From Tissierellia bacterium (GTDB lineage Bacteria; Bacillota; Clostridia; Tissierellales; Peptoniphilaceae): DNA of 64,000 bases. Every line of letters starts with the position of its first letter. The stretch's first letter is position 1. Location of the stretch: contig JAUNLK010000004.1 of NCBI GenBank assembly GCA_030535395.1, positions 33,209 to 97,208 on the forward strand, written 5' to 3'. Below, piece after piece: positions 52,937 to 61,443 of this stretch. A program made the position numbers and the translations under genes. The notes beneath the pieces were generated by a model, which did no database searches, was not told where the DNA came from, and was given only the letters and a program-made list of their open reading frames with translations.

Positions 52937-53953
52937 TTACTCCGGTAGGGTCATGTCTCCGTCTTGAATCCATTTTCGCTGGCGGAGGACTTCATAGATG
53001 AGATAGCTGAGAAGGGCGGGCAGGACAATGTGAAGGAGGAGGATGAGGCCCAGGAGGGGGAGAAAGTCCATCTTCCCCGCCATGGCCTCCAGAGTGGCAA
53101 TCTGCCCCACCAGTCCACTGGTGCCCATGCCACTGCCCAGGGGGGTGTTTTCCATGTGGAAGACCATAATGGCCACGGGGCCCAAAATGGCCGAGGCCAG
53201 GGTGGGGGGAATCCAGATCTTGGGGTTTTTCACAATATTGGGCATCTGCAGCATACTGGTGCCCAGGCCCTGGGCCACCAGCCCCTCAAAGCCATTGTCC
53301 CGAAAACTGATGACGGCAAAGCCCACCATTTGGCAGCAGCAGCCAATGGTGGCGGCTCCCCCGGCCAGGCCCTGGAGGGAGAGCATCATGCAGATGGCGG
53401 CACTGGAGATGGGGAGGGTGAGGGCGAGGCCCACCAGGACGGCCACGGCGGCCCCCATAATCAGGGGCTGCTGATTGGTGGCGATGATGATCACATCGCC
53501 AATGGCGGTCATGAGGCCCTGAATGGGGGGGCCAATGAAGGTGCCCACGGTCATCCCCACCAGTACCGTCACCACCGGGGTGAGGACGATGTCGATTTTG
53601 GTCTCCTTGCTGACCATTTTGCCAAATTCCACCGCCAGTATGGTGGCGATGTAGACCCCAATGGGTCCCCCCAGGGTGTAGCTCCCCACCCCCACCACGG
53701 CCGAGGCAAAGAGGACCAGCTGGGGAGCAGAGAGGGCATAGGCAATGGACACGGCAATGGCGGGGCCGGTGGCCTGCTGGGCCGTGGGCCACACCACTTC
53801 ACTGAGATAGGGAATATGTAGCTGCGCTCCCAGGGTGTTTAAAATGGTGCCCACCAAGAGGGATGCAAAGAGACCATAGGCCATGGCCCCCAGAGCATCG
53901 ATGAAATAGGCCTTGGGGGACAGGCTGATCCCCTTTCTTTCGAGAAAATTCAT
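52937..53953 (-). CDS. PTS EIIC_2-like polytopic membrane protein
   Basis: 338 aa. FLERKGISLSPKAYFIDALGAMAYGLFASLLVGTILNTLG resembles proteins annotated as PTS sugar transporter subunit IIC (PTS_EIIC_2 family), from memory. No EIIA/EIIB gene is nearby. Confidence 0.6.
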   Translation of the reverse strand: MNFLERKGISLSPKAYFIDALGAMAYGLFASLLVGTILNTLGAQLHIPYLSEVVWPTAQQATGPAIAVSIAYALSAPQLVLFASAVVGVGSYTLGGPIGVYIATILAVEFGKMVSKETKIDIVLTPVVTVLVGMTVGTFIGPPIQGLMTAIGDVIIIATNQQPLIMGAAVAVLVGLALTLPISSAAICMMLSLQGLAGGAATIGCCCQMVGFAVISFRDNGFEGLVAQGLGTSMLQMPNIVKNPKIWIPPTLASAILGPVAIMVFHMENTPLGSGMGTSGLVGQIATLEAMAGKMDFLPLLGLILLLHIVLPALLSYLIYEVLRQRKWIQDGDMTLPE

Positions 53954-54519
53954 GATTCCTCCCTTTGTTTCCTGCGCTCATAGTGACTGATGAGCACGCC
54001 GCACAGCCCCATGAGGATGATGACCAGCCCCGTATTGAGATTGGTGAAATAGCCCATGACAATGGCAAAGGCAATCATGGCAATGGAGAGATTGCGCTCC
54101 CGCTTCAGGGCGGTTTTGCCCAAATTAAATACGGTCACCAGGAGCATGGCACTGACGATGCCGCTGATGCCCGCCAGGGCCGCATTGACGTAGAAATTGG
54201 CTCGAAATGCCTGATAGAATTGTGATATGGTGAAGATGATGATCACCCCCGGGAGGGTGGAGGCCAAAACACAGGTGATTGCTCCGGTCATCCCCCGAAT
54301 TTTATAGCCTGTGAGGAGGGAGCAGGAGATGGCCATGGCTCCTGGCCCCGACTGGGACAGGGCAATTAAGTCCATCATCTCCTCATCCCCGATGAGCTGC
54401 TTTTTTTCCACAAATTCATCACGGATGATGGGTACAATGGTGTAGCCACCACCGAAGGTGAAGAGATTAATTTTAAAAAAGGTGAAGAAGAGCTCCCACA
54501 GGGAGATTTCTTTTTTCAT
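53950..54519 (-). CDS. Chromate transporter family protein (first half-size subunit)
   Basis: The start is the ATG at 54517-54519 (MKKEISLWELFFTFFKINLFTFGGGYTIVPII), preceded by AAGGAGGCAC. It carries the CHR motif plus SQSGPGAMAI. Confidence 0.85.
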   Translation of the reverse strand: MKKEISLWELFFTFFKINLFTFGGGYTIVPIIRDEFVEKKQLIGDEEMMDLIALSQSGPGAMAISCSLLTGYKIRGMTGAITCVLASTLPGVIIIFTISQFYQAFRANFYVNAALAGISGIVSAMLLVTVFNLGKTALKRERNLSIAMIAFAIVMGYFTNLNTGLVIILMGLCGVLISHYERRKQREES

Positions 54520-54589
54520 GGTGTGCCTCCTTTGGGAATAGTATACTGAACATGATTGGAGGAGACAAGGTAGGGAAAGGAGTTGGACG

Positions 54590-55948
54590 ATGAAACTGGA
54601 AGCCGTGGACTTGACAAAGGGTGAGATCTGGAAGCAGTTGATCATTTTCACCATCCCCCTTTTGATGTCCGCCCTACTCCAGCAATTTTACAGCACGGCG
54701 GACCTGCTCATTGTGGGGCGCTTTTCCGGAGAAATTGACATGGCGGCCATAGGCAATACCGGGCCCTTGGTGAATCTCTTGGTGTCCCTCTTTATTGGCC
54801 TCTCCACTGGGGTCTCGGTGATTGTGGCCACCTTTTACAGCGCCAGAAACAGGCAGCGGACCTCGGAGGCGGTCCACACCACCTATGCCATTGCCATTTT
54901 TGGCGGACTGGCCTTTACGGTGTTCACCTATGCCCTGGCCCCCACCTTCCTCCGCTGGATGGGGACCCCCGATGCCATTATCAGTGCCTCCATTAGCTAT
55001 TTGAGGATCACCTTTTTGGGCAATATCCCCGTTCTCATTTACAATATGGGCAGCGGCATCCTCCGGAGTGTGGGCGACAGCGTGCGCCCCTTCAACTTTC
55101 TGGCAGTGGCGGCCTTTCTCAATATTGTCTTTGACCTGATTTTGGTGGGCCTATTGGACATGGGGGCTGCAGGCGCCGGCTGGGCCACCATGTCGGCCCA
55201 GTTCGTCTCGGCCTTTTTGGTGACTCGGGCCCTCATGGAGACCACCGATATTTTCAAGCTCAGTCCCGGGAGGATCCGCTTTTATAGGGAGGCCATTGTG
55301 CCCATAGTAAAAATTGGCCTGCCCGTTTCCATTCAAGGGGCCCTCATTTCCCTGTCCAATGTGATCATTCAGGGGCAGATCAACACCTTTGGCCCCCAGG
55401 CCATTGCGGGGATCTCCGCGGCGGGGAGGATCGACGGCTTCATCTTCCTGGCCATGGAGGCCTTTGCCATTGCAGCCACCACCTTTGTCAGCCAAAATAT
55501 TGGGGCGAGAAAGCTGGACCGCCTGAAGCGGGGCATGGGGACCAGTGTGGTCATGGTGACCATTGCCACGGTGAGCCTCACCAGTCTCATTGTCCTCTTT
55601 AGAAATCCCCTCATGGCCCTCTTTAACAGTGATCCCGATGTGATTTCCTATGGGGCCAGGATGCTCCTCATTTTGGGGCCCGGCTACATCATCTTTGGGG
55701 TCAATCAGGTGGTCAATGGCTTTATTCGAGGCAGCGGCAAGAGTCTGCCCCTCATGGTGGTGAGCCTCATTAGCATGTTTGCCATTCGCTTGGCTTTTAT
55801 CTTCTTTGGCATTGCCCGGGGCGGGGGCATCGACATCATCTACTGGTCCTACCCCCTGTCGTGGACCTGTAATACTTTGTTGGTACTGGCCTACTATTTC
55901 TTTGGAAATTGGAAGCCCAAAATTTTAGAGGAGGCGGAAGATGCGTAG
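54590..55948 (+). CDS. MATE-family efflux transporter
   Basis: 452 aa with 12 TM segments. The N-terminal IWKQLIIFTIPLLMSALLQQFYSTADLLIVGRF is typical of MATE/NorM proteins. Confidence 0.9.
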   Translation: MKLEAVDLTKGEIWKQLIIFTIPLLMSALLQQFYSTADLLIVGRFSGEIDMAAIGNTGPLVNLLVSLFIGLSTGVSVIVATFYSARNRQRTSEAVHTTYAIAIFGGLAFTVFTYALAPTFLRWMGTPDAIISASISYLRITFLGNIPVLIYNMGSGILRSVGDSVRPFNFLAVAAFLNIVFDLILVGLLDMGAAGAGWATMSAQFVSAFLVTRALMETTDIFKLSPGRIRFYREAIVPIVKIGLPVSIQGALISLSNVIIQGQINTFGPQAIAGISAAGRIDGFIFLAMEAFAIAATTFVSQNIGARKLDRLKRGMGTSVVMVTIATVSLTSLIVLFRNPLMALFNSDPDVISYGARMLLILGPGYIIFGVNQVVNGFIRGSGKSLPLMVVSLISMFAIRLAFIFFGIARGGGIDIIYWSYPLSWTCNTLLVLAYYFFGNWKPKILEEAEDA

Positions 55949-56432
55949 AAAAGATCGGGAAGTGGCCCTGGAGCGGGCCCTGGAAATCATCGATGAGTCC
56001 ATGTTTGGGGTGGTGGCATCCCAAGACTATGCCCTGCCCCTCTCCCTGGCCAGGGAGGGAAACACCCTCTATGCCCACAGCGCCAAGTCCGGGGAGAAGT
56101 GGGAGCACTGGGCGGAGGGCACGCCGGTGACGGTGGTCTTTGTGGCCTGGGACAGGGTGCCCCACCCCCACAGCAAGGAGGAGCTTTTGGATCTGCCCAA
56201 CAACCGCCTGCCCAAGGTGTTCACCACCAATTTTGCCTCGGCCATGGTTCGGGGGAAGATTCGCATTTTGGATGAGGTGGAGGAGCGGAGGCGAGCCCTC
56301 TATGCCATCTGCAAGAAGTACATGAATGACGATGAGATGGAACTCTTCGACCGGGCCTTCAACTTGAGCGACCGAGTGACGGCAGTCTATGCCATCGACA
56401 TGGAGTCGGTGACGGGAAAAGTAAAGGAATGA
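55941..56432 (+). CDS. Pyridoxamine 5'-phosphate oxidase-family FMN-binding protein (NimA-like)
   Basis: MRRKDREV....ALEIIDES.FGVVA... has the N-terminal pattern and 163-aa size typical of split-barrel flavoproteins. Confidence 0.7.
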   Translation: MRRKDREVALERALEIIDESMFGVVASQDYALPLSLAREGNTLYAHSAKSGEKWEHWAEGTPVTVVFVAWDRVPHPHSKEELLDLPNNRLPKVFTTNFASAMVRGKIRILDEVEERRRALYAICKKYMNDDEMELFDRAFNLSDRVTAVYAIDMESVTGKVKE

Positions 56433-56444
56433 AACGGGCCCCCG

Positions 56445-57044
56445 CTATTGGGGGCCCTTTTTGGTGGGATTTTTGGGGGAGAGAATGGAGATGCCGCCCC
56501 CCTGGCGGCTGATGATGCCCTCCTCCTCCAGGCGGTTGAGATAGCGGTAGAGGCTCCGCTCGGGAATCCTCAACAGATCCCCCAAGTCCTCCCGCTTCAG
56601 GGCCAGCTCCTCCCCCCGGTGGTCCAGGAGAAAGTTCTTCAGAGACTCATAGGAGGAGAGGCGGCGGCTCCTCTGGGCGGCCTCCATGGTGGCCACATTG
56701 AGATGGGCCAGATACACGGCCAGCTCCCTGAGTATGTCGGGGTCCCTCTGCCGGAGGATGCCGCAGTCCAGGGGGATGTAGGTGCCGGCGCTTCGGGCCA
56801 CCACCCCGGAGAGGAGGCGGTCCCTGCCGCTGAAGAGCTCCACCAGCCCCAGAATTTGGGGGCCGTCCAGGAAGCTGGCAATGAGGCGGCGGCCCTCCCC
56901 ATCGTAGGAGACAATCTCCACGGTGCCGGAGGTGAGAAAGAGGAGCTCCCTCAGGGGGTCCTCCGGCCTCATGAGGACGGTCCCCGGGGGAAAGAGGACG
57001 GCGGAGTTTTTTTGATCCATGAGGGCGCGTAATTTTTCGAGCAT
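56445..57044 (-). CDS. Crp/Fnr-family transcriptional regulator
   Basis: The start is the ATG at 57042-57044 (MLEKLRALMD), preceded by GGAAGGAGG. It has a cNMP-binding-like beta-roll (LFLTSGTVEIVSYDGEGRRL) and a C-terminal HTH (REDLGDLLRIPERSLYRYLNRLEEEGII). Confidence 0.85.
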   Translation of the reverse strand: MLEKLRALMDQKNSAVLFPPGTVLMRPEDPLRELLFLTSGTVEIVSYDGEGRRLIASFLDGPQILGLVELFSGRDRLLSGVVARSAGTYIPLDCGILRQRDPDILRELAVYLAHLNVATMEAAQRSRRLSSYESLKNFLLDHRGEELALKREDLGDLLRIPERSLYRYLNRLEEEGIISRQGGGISILSPKNPTKKGPQ

Positions 57045-57121
57045 GGGGCCTCCTTCCAGGGGTTTGGTGCCATTTGGCATAACAATCTCGCTGCCTCCAT
57101 TATACAATGAAGTCGTGAAAA

Positions 57122-58696
57122 ATGGATCAGAACGAAATGAGGGGGAATCCTGTGGAAAAATTTGCAACACTGTCGGAATTTCAAGCTGTGGTTCGGGAGG
57201 TCCTAAAGGACGGGGCCCAGACCTATGAGCAACAGACCTACCGCCTGGCAAAATTGGCGGAGAACAGCCTGCCCTATCCCGTGGGGGAGGACCACGACTT
57301 CTTTCCCCTCTACGAAAATGGCAGCATCTGCGATTTGGACGAGGGCCACGGGCCCTATGCCCCCCGCTACATCCTCCCGGACTATGAGAAATTCCTCCGG
57401 GAGGGGAGTGCGTTCCTCCGCCTGGAACCGGCCCGGGACCTCCTCTCGGCGGTGACTCAGCTCCTCATCCTCTACCACCACGTCCCCAGCATCACCCGCT
57501 TTCCCGTCTACATCGGGAGTCTGGACCGGCTCCTGGAGCCCTTTGTCCAGGAGGCGGGGGCAGAGGCGGCAAGGCCCATACTGAAAAATTTCCTCCTCCA
57601 GCTGGACCGCACAGTGGACGACTCCTTCTGCCACGGCAATCTGGGCCCGAAGGAGAGCTTAACGGGGCGGCTTTTGCTGGAACTCTTGCCGGAGCTTCAA
57701 ATTGCCACCCCCAATATGACCCTCCTCTACGATCCCCAGGTGACACCCGACGACTTTGCCGCCCTGGCGGTGAAATCGTCCCTCACCTGTGCCAATCCCG
57801 CCTTTGCCAATCACCCCCTCTATGAGAGGGAGTACCGGGCCCATGGCAGCGACTATGGCATCGCCTCCTGCTACAATGCCCTCCCCTATGGGGGCGGCGC
57901 CTACACCCTCTCCCGCCTCCGCCTCAATAAAATCGCCCAAAACAGCGCCTCCTTCGAGGACTTCATGGAAGAGGAGCTCCCCCGGGCAGTGACGGCCCTG
58001 GCGGAATTTATGGAGGCCAAGATCGACTTTCTCAAAAATGAATCCGCCTTCTTTCAGCACAATTTCCTGGTGAAGGAGGGCCTCATCCACCCCGAGAACT
58101 TCGTGGGCCTCTTTGGGGTGGTGGGCATCCACGAGTGTGTGGCGGAGCTTTTGGAAAAAAGAGGGGAGGAGGGCCTCTTCGGCACCGATAAAAACGCCGA
58201 TGATCTGGCCGTCACAGTCCTGGAGCGGGTGGAGGAGCTGGTGGCCGCCTTCACCTCCAAGCACAGCGGAAAATTCGGCCACCGCTTCATCCTCCACGCC
58301 CAGGTGGGGGCCGCCGGGGACCAGGGCACCACGGCCGCCCACCGCATCCAAATCGGCAAGGAGCCCGATCTCTACACCCACATTCGCCAGACCGCCCGCC
58401 TCCAGCCCTTCTTCCCCTCGGGGGTGGGGGACCACTTCCCCTTCGATGAGACCGCCAGGGAAAACCCCCAGGCCGTCCTGGACATCTTCAAGGCGGGCTT
58501 TGCCCTGGGCAACCGCTATCTGTCCGCCTACAATGACGACGGGGACCTCATTCGGGTGACGGGCTATCTGGTGAAAAAGAGCGATGTGGAAAAATTTGCC
58601 CGGGGAGAGCAGGTCCACTACGACACCGTGCAGTACGCCCAGGATCCCCTGCAAAAGTACGGGGTGGCCCGCAGAAAAGTGGAGGCCGTGGAGTGA
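57122..58696 (+). CDS. yjjI: YjjI-family glycine radical enzyme (DUF3029)
   Basis: 524 aa. The C-terminal glycyl-radical motif is DLIRVTGYLV. It is immediately followed by a YjjW-type activase, and its size matches E. coli YjjI. The start is uncertain (ATG 57122 or 57137; neither has a strong RBS). Confidence 0.75.
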   Translation: MDQNEMRGNPVEKFATLSEFQAVVREVLKDGAQTYEQQTYRLAKLAENSLPYPVGEDHDFFPLYENGSICDLDEGHGPYAPRYILPDYEKFLREGSAFLRLEPARDLLSAVTQLLILYHHVPSITRFPVYIGSLDRLLEPFVQEAGAEAARPILKNFLLQLDRTVDDSFCHGNLGPKESLTGRLLLELLPELQIATPNMTLLYDPQVTPDDFAALAVKSSLTCANPAFANHPLYEREYRAHGSDYGIASCYNALPYGGGAYTLSRLRLNKIAQNSASFEDFMEEELPRAVTALAEFMEAKIDFLKNESAFFQHNFLVKEGLIHPENFVGLFGVVGIHECVAELLEKRGEEGLFGTDKNADDLAVTVLERVEELVAAFTSKHSGKFGHRFILHAQVGAAGDQGTTAAHRIQIGKEPDLYTHIRQTARLQPFFPSGVGDHFPFDETARENPQAVLDIFKAGFALGNRYLSAYNDDGDLIRVTGYLVKKSDVEKFARGEQVHYDTVQYAQDPLQKYGVARRKVEAVE

Positions 58697-59538
58697 AGGA
58701 AGAGCTGCGGGGGCTGGTGAATAAAATCATCCCCATGAGTGTGGTGGACGGCGAGGGCAATCGCATGGCCATCTTTTTCCAGGGCTGCAATTTCAACTGC
58801 AAGTACTGCCACAATCCCGAGACCATCAATCTCTGCAATCACTGTGGCCACTGTGTGGCCGGCTGCCCATCGGGGGCCCTCTCCGTGGAGGGGGGCAAGG
58901 TCCGCTGGGACTGGCAAAAGTGCATCCACTGCGACCGCTGCATCGAGGTCTGCCCCCACAATAGCTCCCCCAAGGTCCGCCACTACACGGCAAAGGAGCT
59001 GGGAGAGGAGATGGAGCGGGCCATGCCCTTCATTCAGGGCATCACCACCAGCGGCGGGGAGTGCACCCTCCAGTGGGAATTTTTGGTGGAGCTCTACGAA
59101 GAGGCCCACCGCCGGGGCCTCACCGCCTTCACCGACACCAATGGCTCCCTGGACCTGAGCCAGGAGAGGTACCGGCCCCTGGTCTCGGCCTCCGACGGCT
59201 TTCTCCTGGATGTGAAGGCCTGGGACATAGAGGAGCACCGGGCCCTCACGGGACGGGACAACACTGTGGTTCTCAAAAATCTCTCTCATCTCTCCCACTT
59301 GGGAAAAATAAAGGAGATCCGAGTGGTCCTCTTGGAAGGCATGGACCACGGGGCCATTCTCCGGGGCATTGGGGAAAATGCCACGGGCCTGGAAAAAATA
59401 GACCTAAAACTCATCAGCTACCGGCCCTTTGGGGTCCGGAAGGAGTACCAGTATCTGAGGACCATTACCCCCGATGAAAAAGCCCAACTGGTGGAACGGG
59501 CCCGGAACATGGGCTTTCACCGAGTGATCCCCGTGTGA
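58693..59538 (+). CDS. yjjW: YjjW-family glycine radical enzyme activase (radical SAM)
   Basis: CNFNCKYCHNPE is the CxxxCxxC radical-SAM cluster. Two ferredoxin-type clusters are present (CNHCGHCVAGCP, CIHCDRCIEVCP). It overlaps the yjjI stop. Confidence 0.85.
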   Translation: MKEELRGLVNKIIPMSVVDGEGNRMAIFFQGCNFNCKYCHNPETINLCNHCGHCVAGCPSGALSVEGGKVRWDWQKCIHCDRCIEVCPHNSSPKVRHYTAKELGEEMERAMPFIQGITTSGGECTLQWEFLVELYEEAHRRGLTAFTDTNGSLDLSQERYRPLVSASDGFLLDVKAWDIEEHRALTGRDNTVVLKNLSHLSHLGKIKEIRVVLLEGMDHGAILRGIGENATGLEKIDLKLISYRPFGVRKEYQYLRTITPDEKAQLVERARNMGFHRVIPV

Positions 59539-59564
59539 CTGTGGACCAAAATTTAGCAACGAAG

Positions 59565-59608
59565 GACCCTCAAAATTGGAGCTTTCCTCCAAAATTTGAG
59601 GGCCTTTT
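59565..59608 (+). terminator. Rho-independent terminator
   Basis: CCCTCAAA (59567-74) pairs with TTTGAGGG (59595-602), with an inner GGAG/CTCC pairing, followed by CCTTTT. Confidence 0.65.
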
Positions 59609-59702
59609 CAATGGAGGGGCCCCTTTGGGGTAAGAATAAAGTGAGTTCACCCAATGGGTGAAGTCGACTGTCTTCAAAGATCCATACAGACCATAGAAAG
59701 GC

Positions 59703-60083
59703 GTGGCCATGATCAAAAAGGGAATCATCCGGGGACTCATCCCCTTGGTGATAATGACCATCATTTCTGCTGTTTTGAAATTTCAAGGAGTGGCAGAGGG
59801 GCAAGTGCGAGGCACCTTTGTGGCGGGACTCATCTCCACCACAGTGGTGGCGACATCGGTCCTCTACGAGGTGGAGGAGTGGTCCCTGACCAAGCAGTCC
59901 GCCGCCCACTTTGTGGCCATGCTGGCCACCGTCTACCCCCTGCTTCTCATCAGCGGCTGGTTTGAGCTCAACGGGCCAGCCGACTACCTGAAAATACTGG
60001 GCTATTTCATCCTGACGGGGGCGGTGCTGTGGACCATAGCCTATCTCATCTTCGGCATCATCGTCCCTAAAATCAAAAAATAA
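59703..60083 (+). CDS. Small four-TM membrane protein (DUF3021-like)
   Basis: 126 aa. The EEWSLTKQSAAHF segment between TM2 and TM3 resembles DUF3021 proteins, from memory. Confidence 0.5.
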   Translation: MAMIKKGIIRGLIPLVIMTIISAVLKFQGVAEGQVRGTFVAGLISTTVVATSVLYEVEEWSLTKQSAAHFVAMLATVYPLLLISGWFELNGPADYLKILGYFILTGAVLWTIAYLIFGIIVPKIKK

Positions 60084-60098
60084 ATCCAGGATTCAGAA

Positions 60099-60127
60099 AA
60101 GGCATCTACAGAGTTAGATGCCTTTTT
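60099..60127 (+). terminator. Rho-independent terminator
   Basis: GGCATCTA (60101-08) pairs with TAGATGCC (60115-22), followed by TTTTT. Confidence 0.8.
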
Positions 60128-60294
60128 GAGTGGTCATATCCCCAGAAAAGGAGTGAAAAAGCGGTCCATGGCAGCTTTTCTGAGTGGCCGATCCCTTTTC
60201 GGCCCATACCGAGGCCCTCCAAAGCCCCCGGGAAATGGCGGGGAGCTTCCAGATCTTTAATCTTGAGGTACCAACAGAGAATCCCCTAAATCCA

Positions 60295-60322
60295 TTGAAA
60301 TCGCCTAATAAGATGCTATAAT
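60295..60322 (+). promoter_or_regulatory. Promoter of the fic gene
   Basis: TTGAAA (60295-60300), a 16-nt spacer, then TATAAT (60317-60322). The -10 is embedded in the inverted repeat CGCCTAAT...ATTAGGCG (60302-60328). Confidence 0.6.
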
Positions 60323-60348
60323 TAGGCGATAGAGGAGGTGTTAGGGGA

Positions 60349-61395
60349 TTGAGAGCCTTCGATTATTCAAAATATAAAGATTACCTTTGGGATGGTGAAA
60401 TCGTGAATTTACTTGGGAAAATTCATGAGCACAAGGGGAAACAAGAAATGTATGTGAAGGGCAAACCGGCTGTCCTGGATAAATTAATTGAAATCTCAAA
60501 GATTCAAAGTGTGGAGGATTCCAACAAAATTGAGGGGATCGTCACCACCTCAAGTCGCATCAAGGAGCTCATGGACCAAAAAACCACCCCCAAAAACCGG
60601 GATGAGGAAGAAATTTTGGGCTATAGGGACGTTTTGGCAACCATACACGAGAGTTACCAATATATTCCTGTAAACGGGAAATATATTTTGCAGTTGCACC
60701 GGGATTTGTACAAATACAGTGAAAAAGATGTCGGCGGACGCTTCATAAGCACGCAAAACTCAATTGTAGAAAAACGCGCAGATGGTTCCGTGGTAGAAAA
60801 ATTCCGACCTCTACCGCCCTACGAAACTCCTCTGGCCATTGATCGGATCTGTGAGGAATTAGACCACGCCCTGGACGTGGGAGAAGTGGACCCCCTGTTG
60901 CTCATCTCCATATTCATACATGATTTTTTATGCATCCATCCCTTTACCGACGGCAACGGTCGAATGAGTCGATTGCTCACCACCCTTTTGCTCTATCGTC
61001 AGGGATATGTAATCGGTAAATATATCAGTTTGGAAAGTAAAATCGAGAAAAACAAAGAGGGATACTATTTATCCCTGGAAAAAAGTGGGGCACATTGGCA
61101 CGAAAACAGGGAAGATGTGACCCATTTCATAAAATTTCTGTTGCGTACCATTTTGATGGCATATATCGATTTTGAGGAACGGGTGGACTATGTAGATGAA
61201 AAGCTGCCGACCATTGAGTTGGTGAGAAATGCCGTAGATCGCAAGACGGGCAAATTTACAAAAGCGGACATCATGGAAACCGTGGTGAGCGTGGGAAGGG
61301 CCACCATCGAAAATATGCTGCGACAATTGGTTGAGGAAAATTATATTGAGCGGCACGGCAAAGGTCGAGGCACCTTCTATGTGAAAAAGCAATAA
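60349..61395 (+). CDS. Fic-family protein (AMPylase-type) with N-terminal inhibitory motif and C-terminal winged-helix
   Basis: The Fic motif is HPFTDGNGRMSRLL (HxFx[D/E]GNGRxxR). An upstream SNKIEG matches the [S/T]xxxE[G/N] auto-inhibition helix. The start is TTG at 60349, 8 nt after AGGAGGTG. G+C is lower than in the neighbours. Confidence 0.88.
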   Translation: MRAFDYSKYKDYLWDGEIVNLLGKIHEHKGKQEMYVKGKPAVLDKLIEISKIQSVEDSNKIEGIVTTSSRIKELMDQKTTPKNRDEEEILGYRDVLATIHESYQYIPVNGKYILQLHRDLYKYSEKDVGGRFISTQNSIVEKRADGSVVEKFRPLPPYETPLAIDRICEELDHALDVGEVDPLLLISIFIHDFLCIHPFTDGNGRMSRLLTTLLLYRQGYVIGKYISLESKIEKNKEGYYLSLEKSGAHWHENREDVTHFIKFLLRTILMAYIDFEERVDYVDEKLPTIELVRNAVDRKTGKFTKADIMETVVSVGRATIENMLRQLVEENYIERHGKGRGTFYVKKQ

Positions 61396-61399
61396 TCTC

Positions 61400-61442
61400 A
61401 AAAAAACCCCCTCCACTGCTCTGTACAGTAGAGGGGGTTTTG
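61400..61442. terminator. Bidirectional terminator between fic and the M20 gene
   Basis: AACCCCCTC (61405-13) pairs with GAGGGGGTT (61431-39), with an inner ACTG/CAGT pairing. It is flanked by an A-run and a T-run. Confidence 0.8.
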
Positions 61443-61443
61443 T

